Positions 38,955-48,853 are shown, counted from the first letter of the stretch. The stretch is DNA of 64,000 nucleotides from an uncultured Bacteroidales bacterium (GCA_964646985.1 CAZYFI010000001.1:759-64758), one strand, 5' to 3'. Numbers and translations are program-made. The notes: generated from the letters alone by a model not told the origin.

Positions 38955-41296
38955 AGTTTGCTAATCCCCCTTAATAAACGGAAATTAATGATGTCAAGTA
39001 ACCCTTCCATTTGCATCAAACCGATGGCGCCACCACTCATGGTGGCAATGGTTCTCAGTGGTGTTTGTGATATCGTACGTTTTAAGGCTTGCTTCATCCA
39101 ACCATCAGCCATTTTTTTGCCCATTTTCATCGCTTTTCGCATAATGACTTGATACATGATAAATCCAAAAATAGTATGTTTGACATCTTCCAATGTAGCA
39201 TCCATCGTATAGGGGCGGCGCTTTACAATGTTTTTCGGTGGAAGTGGCCTCCCTAATAATTTTTGAAAGTCATCAGAAGTAATGTGATATTCTTTTTCGT
39301 TATAAGCACTTGGATAATGCTCTTGAAATCCTTCTTCATTATCGCGTTTACATACTTTGGCTTCTAATATCACTTCATTGACATGTTTACAAATTTGCAC
39401 TTTGTATATTCCTTTATCAACATGAAAAGCTTTCATATCGACATCATAATAAGCAAAATCAGCATAATTTAATATAAAGGAAACTTCTTTTTGTTCGTTT
39501 GGTTGCAAATATACTTTTTCAAAAGCTCGCAATTCTCGAAGAGGTTTAAATACCGTTGAGTGATTGTTTTGTACGAACAACATAATCACTTCGCCACCGG
39601 CCATATGACCTACGTTTTTCACTGTAACTTTAACTTCTAGTGGTCCTGAGGGTCTAATTTCATTCACAGATATTTTTAAGTCTTGATAAGCAAATTTGGT
39701 ATAACTCAGTCCATACCCAAATGGATAAGCAACTGGCTTTTGAAAAGTAGAATAATAGCGATACCCTACATAAATACTTTCTTGATACCAACAACTGTGA
39801 TTGCCATCAGCAAAATTTGCTGTTGACGGGTCATCTTCAATACGGATAGGATATGTTGTTGCCAAACGACCAGAAGGCGAAACAACTCCGTACAAAATAT
39901 CTAAAATTGGTTTTCCTGAGGCACCCCCCAACAAATGCAAAGCCAAAATGGCTTTTACTTCCTTTTGAAACGGTAAGGCAACTTGGGCACCAGCAGAAAT
40001 AGTAACAATGACGTTGCTATTTGCCTTTACAACTTCTTCAATTAATGTTAGATGCCCAATCGGTAAACTCATGTGTTCTCTGTCAGTGCCCTCAGTTTCA
40101 TAGCATTCAGGCAATCCAACCATGATGATGATCTTATCAAACAAGGGAGCTTCATGAACGACTTCATCGATTAGTTCCTGACTCAAACCATCGTTTTTCA
40201 TGGTATAGCCACGAAAGTATTTATAATTACTGGTATACTTACTGATTTCATCGACAACATTGTTCACTTGAATCGGATTTACATTAGAAGATCCACCACC
40301 TTGAATACGGGGTGATTTCCCAAACGCACCAACAATTGCTACTTTTTCTTGTGGTTTTAGTGGCAAGATCATTTCATTTTTTAATAAAACGATGCTATCG
40401 GTAGCAATTTCTTGCGCAATTCTAAAATGTTCCTCTTTATCAAATGGTTTCGCAATATTGTCTTTATATCTATCAACCATTTTTAAAATTTTAGAAACAG
40501 AAGAATCAATATCATTGTCAATAATATATTCTTCTTGATGTGCTTTCAATAATTTTTTATTACTATAAACACCATTTCCTGGCATTTCTAAATCAAGCCC
40601 GTTTAACAAACTGCTAAATCGGTTGCTCACAGCGCCCCAATCAGAGACCGTTACCCCGCGATAATTCCATTCGCGTTGTAAAATATCAATCAAGAGTTTG
40701 CGATTTTCTGTTGCATATATACCATTTACTTTATTATAGCTCGCCATAACGGTTGCTGGATGCTCTTTGATGGCAATTTCAAACGGCTTTAAATATAACT
40801 CTCTTAATGCCCTTTCGTCTACAACTGAGTTGATTGTAAAACGATACGTTTCTTGGTTGTTCACTGCAAAATGTTTTAAACTTGCACCAATGTTTTGGCT
40901 TTGCAATCCTTTGATCCAATGTGCTCCCATCGTTCCGCTTACATAAGGATCTTCAGAAAAATATTCAAAATTACGTCCACACAGTGGATTTCTTTTGAGA
41001 TTCACACCTGGACCTAACACAATATGAACATCTGCTTCTTTTGCTTCTTTCGCAATCGCTTCTCCCATTTTTTGTATCAGGTTCTTATTGAAAGAGCAAG
41101 CCACAGCAGCTGATGAAGGAAACAATGTGGCAGGATAACTGCTATTTAGCCCAAGGTTATCTTGACAATCTAATTGCTTGCGTAAGCCGTGGGGACCATC
41201 GGCCATCATGATGGACTGGATTTTTAATTTTTTGTTGCTGAAAGTATGCCACACATCTTTTCCTTGTAATAAGGCAATTCTTTGTTTTAAGTTCAT
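38951..41296 (-). CDS. Glycoside hydrolase family 3 beta-glucosidase (BglX-like) with C-terminal Fn3-like domain
   Basis: ADGPHGLRKQ, KHFAVNNQE and the catalytic-Asp block GVTVSDWGA. 781 aa. No signal peptide. Confidence 0.85.
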   Translation of the reverse strand: MNLKQRIALLQGKDVWHTFSNKKLKIQSIMMADGPHGLRKQLDCQDNLGLNSSYPATLFPSSAAVACSFNKNLIQKMGEAIAKEAKEADVHIVLGPGVNLKRNPLCGRNFEYFSEDPYVSGTMGAHWIKGLQSQNIGASLKHFAVNNQETYRFTINSVVDERALRELYLKPFEIAIKEHPATVMASYNKVNGIYATENRKLLIDILQREWNYRGVTVSDWGAVSNRFSSLLNGLDLEMPGNGVYSNKKLLKAHQEEYIIDNDIDSSVSKILKMVDRYKDNIAKPFDKEEHFRIAQEIATDSIVLLKNEMILPLKPQEKVAIVGAFGKSPRIQGGGSSNVNPIQVNNVVDEISKYTSNYKYFRGYTMKNDGLSQELIDEVVHEAPLFDKIIIMVGLPECYETEGTDREHMSLPIGHLTLIEEVVKANSNVIVTISAGAQVALPFQKEVKAILALHLLGGASGKPILDILYGVVSPSGRLATTYPIRIEDDPSTANFADGNHSCWYQESIYVGYRYYSTFQKPVAYPFGYGLSYTKFAYQDLKISVNEIRPSGPLEVKVTVKNVGHMAGGEVIMLFVQNNHSTVFKPLRELRAFEKVYLQPNEQKEVSFILNYADFAYYDVDMKAFHVDKGIYKVQICKHVNEVILEAKVCKRDNEEGFQEHYPSAYNEKEYHITSDDFQKLLGRPLPPKNIVKRRPYTMDATLEDVKHTIFGFIMYQVIMRKAMKMGKKMADGWMKQALKRTISQTPLRTIATMSGGAIGLMQMEGLLDIINFRLLRGISKL

Positions 41297-43635
41297 TTTT
41301 CAACCTCAATTACAATCGTTTGTGTTAACACTTGATCAACAGTTGTTACCTCGATTGTCCCTTCTTGACTTGTTCCGGTGGTTTTTACCCAAAAAGCACA
41401 TCTTCCTGCTTTTAATGTTCTTTGTGTTGGGCCAATGACACCAATTCCACCACTTGTTTTTATGTGGATTGGATCAAATGCATAAACCAAAGCATGATTG
41501 TTTTGGTCAACCTTGCTTAGATTCACCCTTGTAACATCATAAGTATTCTTGTGTTTAAGCGTACTTTCATCTGGTTTTATTTCCCAATGAGTTTTTGTCT
41601 GTTTGCCTTTTGTGACACTCTTGACTAATTGCTGGTTTTGGTAGCCATCAAAGCGCCAAACATCACTACTTGCTGTCAATTGATAAAACATCGTAATGGC
41701 TTGCTTTTGGGAAATATGATACTTCACTAATATATATAACATTTTAAGTTGCGAAAAAAACGGTAAATTGATATTTTTTTGAATTTGGTGAAATAACTTT
41801 TTCGTCAATTTCGCATCAAAAGCAGAAAAATGATATTGATCGCAAAGAATGTTCCCAAAAAAATCAGTGACTTTAATGAGAGGATGGAGATAATTTTTTT
41901 GTTTTTTTGCTTGAAATTCCCCAATATAATAATTATCCTTATAAATTCTCACAAAATCACAATTAGTTGCAATGTAGAGTGCATCTTGAAAACTCTTAGG
42001 GTAATCACCTAAGTTCATATCAGACAATACTTCTAGCACTATTTTATCTTCGCTTTGGGCACTGTACACATAAGCGGCATATTTTGGATGGCGATTCATG
42101 TCTAAAACACCATGATAGCAAACTTTATCCCCACTTCCAAACTCTTTGTGTGTGTGATAATCGTTCATACACCAACCAATTGCCCCAGCAATTTGTTTGT
42201 GTTGCCCAATCGCTTTTAGAACGGCTTCATGACGTAAAGCTTGGCTAACGCGATGTGGTTCATCATCAAAGGCTTTTGTAGGGAACATATGTCCATTGTG
42301 CTCAGTGATGAGATAGGGCACTTGTTTTTTTACATGTTTCGGGTTTTGAATCGCTTTTTTTAATCCAGCATGTGTAAAATCATTGAAAGTGTAAACATCT
42401 TCAAACATATGACTATGAGAAAAATTTCTCACTCCACCTGTTGGTCTTGTAGGATCTAATTTATGGGCCAATTCATTCGTTTTTTGATACAAATCATCAT
42501 CATCCGCTGACTCGTTGATGCGAACGCCCCATAATACAATTGCGGGATGATTGTAATCGCGCATAATCATGGCTTGCGTATTATGCAAGGTGTTTTGTTT
42601 GAATTGATCTTCACCAATGTGTTGCCACCCAGGAATCTCTTCCATAACCAACAAACCAATCTCATCACAACGATTCAAAAAATGCTCCGAGACCATGTAG
42701 TGAGATGTTCTTACCATATTAACACCTAATTCATACTTAAGGATGTTTGCATCACTTTCTTGTGCACTCTTGGGCATAGCATATCCCACATAAGGATAAC
42801 TTTGATGTCTGTTTAAACCACGTAATGTTACATGCCGTTCATTTAGAAAAAAACCTTCTTTTGTGAAGGCAAACGATCTAAAACCAAACTTGATTTGTTT
42901 TTCATCTGTTTTCTTCTCATTATTAAATAAAGAAATGATAAAAGTATATAAATGCGGATGATCAATATCCCAACGTTTTAGATTCGCAATTTTTTGCGAG
43001 AAAACGATATGATCATCAAGCATATCAAGCCTACCATTTCCCACTTCTTGCTTTTCAAAATAAATGCTTATTTGTATTTGATTGGCAATGCCTTCTTTGT
43101 GAACCTCACAAATGAATCCATCTAGGTTTTCATTGGCTTTGATCCTTACGTTTTGAAGGCTAGATTGTTCTAATATTTCCAGTTCAACTTCACGATATAT
43201 TCCACCATATCCTAAATAATCAACCACTCCACCAAAAGGAGGAATATCAGGATTCTCGCTCTCATCGACAACAACACTCAGCCAATTGTCACAATCTTTG
43301 TTAATCGCATGAGAAATATCAACTAAAAATTCATCATAACCTCCTTCATGAGTCACAATGAATTGTTCGTTCATATAAACACTTGCCTGATGGGCAACGC
43401 CTTTAAACCTAATTTGATATTTGCGATCATTTTGAAAACAAATGTCTAATTTTCGTTTATAAATATATTTCCCAAAACAAGCTGGTTCGGGCAAGTAATT
43501 ATCTGCATAAACTTTACCAGAATGAGGAAGTGAAACCATTGAAAAATCGGTTACATCAGAAAAATTTGTAACATATTCTGGTTTATATAAATCAGAAAAA
43601 TACCAATGATAATTTAAATGAATTATTTCTCGCAT
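41293..43635 (-). CDS. Glycoside hydrolase family 2 enzyme (beta-galactosidase / beta-glucuronidase / beta-mannosidase family; exact specificity undetermined)
   Basis: GH2 sugar-binding and TIM-barrel blocks: acid/base region WGVRINES, nucleophile region ITEHNGHM. 780 aa, cytoplasmic. RBS AGGAGGA and TGtGATATAAT promoter at 43655..43665. Confidence 0.7.
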   Translation of the reverse strand: MREIIHLNYHWYFSDLYKPEYVTNFSDVTDFSMVSLPHSGKVYADNYLPEPACFGKYIYKRKLDICFQNDRKYQIRFKGVAHQASVYMNEQFIVTHEGGYDEFLVDISHAINKDCDNWLSVVVDESENPDIPPFGGVVDYLGYGGIYREVELEILEQSSLQNVRIKANENLDGFICEVHKEGIANQIQISIYFEKQEVGNGRLDMLDDHIVFSQKIANLKRWDIDHPHLYTFIISLFNNEKKTDEKQIKFGFRSFAFTKEGFFLNERHVTLRGLNRHQSYPYVGYAMPKSAQESDANILKYELGVNMVRTSHYMVSEHFLNRCDEIGLLVMEEIPGWQHIGEDQFKQNTLHNTQAMIMRDYNHPAIVLWGVRINESADDDDLYQKTNELAHKLDPTRPTGGVRNFSHSHMFEDVYTFNDFTHAGLKKAIQNPKHVKKQVPYLITEHNGHMFPTKAFDDEPHRVSQALRHEAVLKAIGQHKQIAGAIGWCMNDYHTHKEFGSGDKVCYHGVLDMNRHPKYAAYVYSAQSEDKIVLEVLSDMNLGDYPKSFQDALYIATNCDFVRIYKDNYYIGEFQAKKQKNYLHPLIKVTDFFGNILCDQYHFSAFDAKLTKKLFHQIQKNINLPFFSQLKMLYILVKYHISQKQAITMFYQLTASSDVWRFDGYQNQQLVKSVTKGKQTKTHWEIKPDESTLKHKNTYDVTRVNLSKVDQNNHALVYAFDPIHIKTSGGIGVIGPTQRTLKAGRCAFWVKTTGTSQEGTIEVTTVDQVLTQTIVIEVEK

Positions 43636-43669
43636 AGCATTCCTCCTAGAAATTATTATATCACAAACA

Positions 43670-43709
43670 AGAAAAAAGAAAAATAAAATAGGCTATTTTA
43701 TAGCCTATT
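43670..43709 (-). terminator. Rho-independent terminator after rsmI, immediately upstream of the GH-cluster promoter
   Basis: aataggctat-ttt-atagcctatt hairpin overlapping the rsmI stop, followed on the minus strand by a T-rich run. Confidence 0.6.
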
Positions 43710-44550
43710 GTAATTGTCGATATATGTCGCTCTTCGCAACTCCTCGGTCTTTCGCAACTTTTTTCATGGCTTCTTTTGCATCTATGTTTTGCTTTAAATA
43801 AAATTGATAATGTTCTTTTACCGACAAAATATTTAGTTTCTGATTGCTTTCGTCTTTACTTTGTCCTTTTACCAAAACAACAAGTTCACCTTTAAACGTT
43901 TCATTGTTGGCAATGATATCTTCCAATTTTCCTCGTTGGTATTCTTCATATTTTTTTGTTAATTCGCGCGCTACAACCACATCACGATTCCCAAAAACAC
44001 CAAGCAAATCGTTTAAGAAATCTTTGATTCGATGGGGAGATTCATAAAAAATCAATGTTTCTTGATGATTCACGAAAGTTTGTAATTCTTTGATTCTTGC
44101 TGCTTTGCGAGAATTTGTGAAACCAATAAAAGTAAAACGGTCCGATGGCAATCCTGATGCGACCAAGGCCATAACAAACGCTGCTGCGCCAGGTAAGGAA
44201 ACGACATGATATCCTGCATCGATGGCTTTAGAGGCGATGAGATACCCCGGATCACATATTCCCGGCGTTCCTGCATCGCTAACAAGGGCAACATGATGTT
44301 CCTTCTTAAGTAATTCTAAAATCTCATTCGCTCTTTCTTCTTCATTAAAGATATGATAGCTTAAAAGCGGTGCCGTTATGTGAAAGTGACTAAGTAAAAC
44401 CTTAGTCACGCGTGTGTCTTCTGCAAAAATATAATCTACGCCTTTTAATGTTTCCACTGCCCGAAAAGTCATATCTAAAAGATTTCCAATTGGGGTGGGA
44501 ACCAAATAAAGGGTAGGTTTTGCTGACAAATATGATTTTTGAACGTTCAT
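43705..44550 (-). CDS. rsmI: 16S rRNA (cytidine1402-2'-O)-methyltransferase
   Basis: LYLVPTPIGNLLDMTFRAVETLKGVDYIFAEDTR is the tetrapyrrole-methylase-fold RsmI N-terminus. 281 aa. Confidence 0.9.
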   Translation of the reverse strand: MNVQKSYLSAKPTLYLVPTPIGNLLDMTFRAVETLKGVDYIFAEDTRVTKVLLSHFHITAPLLSYHIFNEEERANEILELLKKEHHVALVSDAGTPGICDPGYLIASKAIDAGYHVVSLPGAAAFVMALVASGLPSDRFTFIGFTNSRKAARIKELQTFVNHQETLIFYESPHRIKDFLNDLLGVFGNRDVVVARELTKKYEEYQRGKLEDIIANNETFKGELVVLVKGQSKDESNQKLNILSVKEHYQFYLKQNIDAKEAMKKVAKDRGVAKSDIYRQLQ

Positions 44551-44951
44551 TCAGAGATAATCCTGCGCGCCTTTTCTCGAAGATCTCGTTCAGCATAGAC
44601 AATTTTCATTAATTCTGCGCGTTTTTTGTTGGGAATTTCAAATTTGTTTTGAATTTCTTCCATTAAAAAATGTTCTTCTGCACTATAAAATTCATCATAT
44701 AAAAATGAACTAATGAGGTTCATAAACACAATGTTTTTCGTAGGTTTTGGTTTTTCCGAAAAATAATCAACTAGTTTTTGCTTTGATAAAGAACTTTTGC
44801 GATATTTTAAAATATCTTCACCAATTTCGAACTTGAGTCGATTGACAATTTGTTTTTCCAATTCCGAGGTATTTCCATCAACACTCACAGTGAGCGCTAA
44901 TAAATCAATAAAATAATATTTTTCTTCACGTGATAATAAACTAAGAAACAT
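44547..44951 (-). CDS. Hypothetical 134-aa protein (possibly TerB-like)
   Basis: Start chosen at MFLSLLSREEKYYFIDLLALTVSVDGN..., which has RBS AAAGGAG and its own TGtTATAAT element at 44974..44982. The ORF-track extension to 45173 lacks an RBS and overlaps yabB. No catalytic motif; similarity to TerB is a weak impression. Confidence 0.45.
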   Translation of the reverse strand: MFLSLLSREEKYYFIDLLALTVSVDGNTSELEKQIVNRLKFEIGEDILKYRKSSLSKQKLVDYFSEKPKPTKNIVFMNLISSFLYDEFYSAEEHFLMEEIQNKFEIPNKKRAELMKIVYAERDLREKARRIISE

Positions 44952-45006
44952 GTAAATCAACTCCTTTTTCTTTATTATAACATATACTGCACAAATAGTG
45001 AAACAT

Positions 45007-45762
45007 TTACTTTGCCTTTTTAAAATGAAAGATAGCCAATGCTTCATCGGTATAGGTTTCGTCAGTTTTAAGTACATATAGCGGTTTTTCAACAACAACA
45101 TCATCTTTTTGATTTTGTTTGGCTTCAAACAAAAACAAAAGTGCCGCATTCGAATCTGTTTTTGGATAAACAAACCGCATACGTTTTAAACCAAAACGAT
45201 AACGATTCAACAAAGATACAATTTCCGATAAACGTTCACAACGATGAACCATGTATAAAGAGCCTTTTGTTTTTAACAGTCGCATGGCCTCTTGAATGAT
45301 TTGTTCAAGGGTAATTTCTACTTCATGTCTAGCAATGGTAAGAAATAGACTTTCATTCGTATTGCTTGCTTCATGATATTTGAAAAAAGGTGGATTTGAA
45401 ATAACGATATCAAAGGTGTTTGCACCTAGCACTTTATGAACATCGATGATATTGCTTTTTATAATCGTGATTTGGTCTTGCAAATGATTTAAAGCAACGC
45501 TTCTTTTTGCAAGATCCACCGCTTGTTCTTGTAATTCAACTCCGATAATTGGTGAAGTAGTCTTTAATGTTAGAAAAAGCGGAATGGGTGCATTGCCACA
45601 ACCCAAATCAACTATTTTTTGCATGCTGTTTTTTGTCTTCACAAAATCAGCCAACAGCATAGAATCTAAAGAGAACGAAAACATTCCTTCTTTTTGGATA
45701 ATTTTTAAATGATCATATCCAAGTAAATCATGAATCATTTCCATTGGTATCCGCAATCTCAT
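45007..45762 (-). CDS. Class I SAM-dependent tRNA (adenine-N6) methyltransferase, YabB/TrmN6-like
   Basis: VDLGCGNAPIPL SAM-binding motif and NPPF N6-adenine methyltransferase motif. 251 aa. Start ambiguous (alternative ATG at 45744). Confidence 0.75.
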   Translation of the reverse strand: MRLRIPMEMIHDLLGYDHLKIIQKEGMFSFSLDSMLLADFVKTKNSMQKIVDLGCGNAPIPLFLTLKTTSPIIGVELQEQAVDLAKRSVALNHLQDQITIIKSNIIDVHKVLGANTFDIVISNPPFFKYHEASNTNESLFLTIARHEVEITLEQIIQEAMRLLKTKGSLYMVHRCERLSEIVSLLNRYRFGLKRMRFVYPKTDSNAALLFLFEAKQNQKDDVVVEKPLYVLKTDETYTDEALAIFHFKKAK

Positions 45763-46597
45763 CTGTTAAATCTTCTGGTTTTACATCTTCTTTGTGTTCT
45801 GTTAGCTTCACAATCTCTTTGGTCTGCCAAACTTCAATGTTGTCATTGTGCAGTGTTTTCACTGTTTCTCTTAATAAATCAACGTTAACAACTCGACAAG
45901 ATTCACAATGAGGTGTTTTCACCATATCGCCAACCATTGGAGATCGAGAACGTAATTCTTGATATAAATCATTTTCATAAGCGATGCAACACATGAGTTT
46001 GCCACACAACCCAGCAACTTTAGAAGAGCTTAAGGTCATTCCTTGGTCTTTTGCCATCTTCATGGTCACAAGACCAAATTCACGCAAATGACTAGCACAA
46101 CAAACCGGCCTTCCACAAGGTCCCATCCCACCAATAAATTTTGCGCCCTCACGAGGCCCTACTTGTCTTAATTCAATACGAATGCGAAACTCGGAAGCCA
46201 AATCTTTTAATAATTCCCGAAAATCAACTCGTCCTTCCGCGGTATAGTAAATGATAATCTTTTGACGATCAATCGTAAACTCACAATCCAAAAGTTTCAT
46301 TTCTAACTTATTGTTGCGAACAATCCGTTTGCAAGCTTCTAATGCCGCCTTAGCGCGTTCTAAATTTTCTTCATATGCTAAAACATCCGATTTCGTAGCC
46401 AATCGAACAATTGGCTTGATTTCTCTTTCAATATCGGTATCGTTTATCTCACGGGCTTCTTGAATGACGGTGCCTAGTTCATAGCCGCGCACTGTTTCTA
46501 CAATAACCTTTTCATTTAATTTGACGCTCAAAGGAAAGGGATTAAACCAATATATTTTCCCAACATCCTTAAAACCAATTCCTACAACTTTTATCAT
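45728..46597 (-). CDS. ricT: PSP1-domain protein RicT/YaaT
   Basis: MIKVVGIGFKDVGKIYWFNP... is the PSP1 C-terminal domain family, including the Cys cluster. Lies downstream of holB as in Bacillus. 289 aa. Confidence 0.8.
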   Translation of the reverse strand: MIKVVGIGFKDVGKIYWFNPFPLSVKLNEKVIVETVRGYELGTVIQEAREINDTDIEREIKPIVRLATKSDVLAYEENLERAKAALEACKRIVRNNKLEMKLLDCEFTIDRQKIIIYYTAEGRVDFRELLKDLASEFRIRIELRQVGPREGAKFIGGMGPCGRPVCCASHLREFGLVTMKMAKDQGMTLSSSKVAGLCGKLMCCIAYENDLYQELRSRSPMVGDMVKTPHCESCRVVNVDLLRETVKTLHNDNIEVWQTKEIVKLTEHKEDVKPEDLTDEIADTNGNDS

Positions 46598-46612
46598 TTA
46601 TTCCTCTTCTTT

Positions 46613-47605
46613 CTAGATATGTGCTAATTCAATGAACAACTGAGCATAAAAAAGCTCAAGGTTAACATTGTATCGTAATCTTTGCTTGAATTTTAAAATG
46701 GTTTCCACTTCTTTGATTATTTTTTCTTGATCTGGTTGCATAAATTCGCTGATGATTTGCATCGTTTGTTTATATGCAATTTTAGTCATTTGATTGTTCA
46801 CAAAATATAATTTATCATTGGCAACAGATAGTAATAAATCCATGAACAATTGATGATATTTTTTATCAGGCTCTCTGCTCAACACTTCACCTTCATTTTG
46901 TAAGATTAACAATGGGTGAACGGATTTATCCATTTGTGAGACAGCAATGTTTCTAACCAATTGAAATATGGGAGCTACTTTTTCATCATCCAATAATGCC
47001 AACACTTCTTTTGTACTATTCGATTGTCGAGCAAAAACCCAAGCCGTTTCTTCATCAATTCCCCGAATGATTAACTCTTCTGCAACCACTTCGGTCGCAA
47101 GACGATCAAAATTGATAATTTGTGATCGTGATTTGATAGTAGATATGACATTATCAATGTTCTCTGTTGTCATGACAACGTAATTATCACCACTTAATTC
47201 TTCTAAAATCTTAAGCAAAGAATTGGCAGCGCTCGCATTCGCTTTATCAATCTCATCTATAATGTATATTCGCCTTCCACCAGCTAACGCAGTTAGGGAG
47301 AATTCTTTTTCTAAGGCTTCGGCTTGTTCTTTTTTTATCATACCGTTGTCAGGAGCAATATAAAATACACTCGGATGAATTTCTTTCATCACTTTTTCAC
47401 ATTCTTCACACTCTAGACAAGGCTTTGTTTTCCCTACGCACAACATCAAAGCCGCAAAATAAAAAGCAGCTTCCCGTTTCGAAGTTCCCTTTGCACCGGC
47501 AAACAAATAAGTATGCACAAAGCGATCTTTCTTTAAACTGTTTTGAAACAGTTTTACAACTTTTCTTTGATTTCTCATTACCGCTTCAAAATGCACACTC
47601 ATCAC
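46613..47605 (-). CDS. holB: DNA polymerase III delta-prime subunit
   Basis: HTYLFAGAKGTSKRE is a degenerate AAA+ Walker A typical of delta-prime. Zinc module CLECEECEKV. 330 aa. tmk lies upstream. Confidence 0.85.
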   Translation of the reverse strand: MMSVHFEAVMRNQRKVVKLFQNSLKKDRFVHTYLFAGAKGTSKREAAFYFAALMLCVGKTKPCLECEECEKVMKEIHPSVFYIAPDNGMIKKEQAEALEKEFSLTALAGGRRIYIIDEIDKANASAANSLLKILEELSGDNYVVMTTENIDNVISTIKSRSQIINFDRLATEVVAEELIIRGIDEETAWVFARQSNSTKEVLALLDDEKVAPIFQLVRNIAVSQMDKSVHPLLILQNEGEVLSREPDKKYHQLFMDLLLSVANDKLYFVNNQMTKIAYKQTMQIISEFMQPDQEKIIKEVETILKFKQRLRYNVNLELFYAQLFIELAHI

Positions 47606-47712
47606 TCCTTATGTAATCATGATTGTACCAAAAAAAGCAAAAAAACACAATACAAACTAATTTTTTATCGCAAGAGCACCTAAATATTTCTCTTCATTTT
47701 CTCTTTTCTTTG

Positions 47713-47721
47713 TGATATAAT
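47713..47721 (+). promoter_or_regulatory. Extended -10 promoter (TGaTATAAT) for the TM2-domain gene
   Basis: tgTGaTATAATgagttaccaGAAAGGAatgtttATG. Confidence 0.4.
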
Positions 47722-47743
47722 GAGTTACCAGAAAGGAATGTTT

Positions 47744-48076
47744 ATGGGAAAATATTGTACAAACTGCGGTGCAGAATTAAATGAGAACCAAGAAGTATGC
47801 TTAAAATGCGGTGTCATGGTGCAAAACAAAGCAACTTGTAAAGATCCTTTTGCTCCAACAACTGCAAACGGAAAAAACAAATTGATTGCTGGATTGTTTG
47901 GTATCTTTTTAGGTGCTTTTGGCGTTCATAAATTTTACTTAGGACAAACAGGAACTGGCGTTGTTTATGCTCTTTTCTTTTGGACAGGAATCACTGCCAT
48001 TATTGGATTTATTGAAGGCATCTTGTTAATTGCTATGTCTGACGAAGAATTTATCCAACGATATGGCAACCAATGA
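47744..48076 (+). CDS. Zinc-ribbon plus TM2-domain membrane protein
   Basis: CTNCGAELNENQEVCLKCG zinc ribbon, then the TM2 domain GLFGIFLGAFGVHKFYLGQTGTGVVYALFFWTGI. Start moved to ATG 47744, 6 nt after RBS GAAAGGA. Confidence 0.65.
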   Translation: MGKYCTNCGAELNENQEVCLKCGVMVQNKATCKDPFAPTTANGKNKLIAGLFGIFLGAFGVHKFYLGQTGTGVVYALFFWTGITAIIGFIEGILLIAMSDEEFIQRYGNQ

Positions 48077-48077
48077 A

Positions 48078-48106
48078 AAATCAGACTATTCGTCTGATTT
48101 TTTTAT
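48078..48106. terminator. Bidirectional terminator shared by the TM2 gene (+) and tmk (-)
   Basis: aaatcagac-tattc-gtctgattt hairpin with T-runs on both strands. It contains the tmk stop codon. Confidence 0.65.
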
Positions 48107-48718
48107 GTTTTCAATAATGATTTGTTTGATTTCTTCATAAATTTCTTGAATCGGACGATTGCCATCAATCTTCTTGATTCGATTGGGAAACAGTTTTGCG
48201 ACTTCTAGATACCCTTTTCTTACTTGTTCGTGAAACTCATTTTGTTCTAAATCAAGACGATCAACAACTCGATGCGCTTGTTTGATACGAGATAATCCAA
48301 TTTTTGGATCAACATCGATGTATAATGTTAAATCAGGAAGCAATCCTTCTGTGGCATATTGATTGATAGCATATACTTCTTGAATCCCAAGTTTTCTAGC
48401 ATACCCTTGATAAGCCAACGAAGAATCTAAAAAACGATCACATAAAACAATCTTTCCTTGTTCTAAATAAGGAAGGATGATTTCGCGTAAATGTTGCCGT
48501 CTACTGGCGGCATACAACAACGCTTCGGTACGATAATCCATCGCTGTATTGTCCACATCTAAGATGACTCGTCTAATTTCTTCCGCAATCTTACTTCCTC
48601 CGGGTTCCCTTGTTTTCACAACTTGATAATGCAAGGTTTGGAGTTCTTGTATTAAATTATCGATAATGGTGGTTTTACCGGTACCTTCGCCACCTTCAAA
48701 GGTAATGAATTTAACCAT
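48086..48718 (-). CDS. tmk: Thymidylate kinase
   Basis: MVKFITFEGGEGTGKTT P-loop, DRF motif and lid region. 210 aa. Confidence 0.9.
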   Translation of the reverse strand: MVKFITFEGGEGTGKTTIIDNLIQELQTLHYQVVKTREPGGSKIAEEIRRVILDVDNTAMDYRTEALLYAASRRQHLREIILPYLEQGKIVLCDRFLDSSLAYQGYARKLGIQEVYAINQYATEGLLPDLTLYIDVDPKIGLSRIKQAHRVVDRLDLEQNEFHEQVRKGYLEVAKLFPNRIKKIDGNRPIQEIYEEIKQIIIENIKKSDE

Positions 48719-48853
48719 AAGTTCCTCATTTATTCTTTTTTGTTACCTTATTATCTCATAAATTCATGAAAAACGCAAAAACAATTTACTTTACTTATCG
48801 TTTCTTTGAGACTAAAATTATCTTGTGTTTTTCTTGTTTTAGATGCCTCTTTG

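Noticed and set aside
43636-43669. CcpA cre site or LacI-type operator controlling the GH cluster
   Set aside because: No match to TGWAANCGNTNWCA or any inverted repeat in the short promoter region. Regulation is probably encoded elsewhere or absent.
44952-45173. Long upstream extension of the 134-aa gene overlapping the yabB 3' end
   Set aside because: It lies in a different frame from yabB, has no RBS, and is AT-rich, so it is a chance open frame. ATG 44951 has AAAGGAG and a -10 just upstream.
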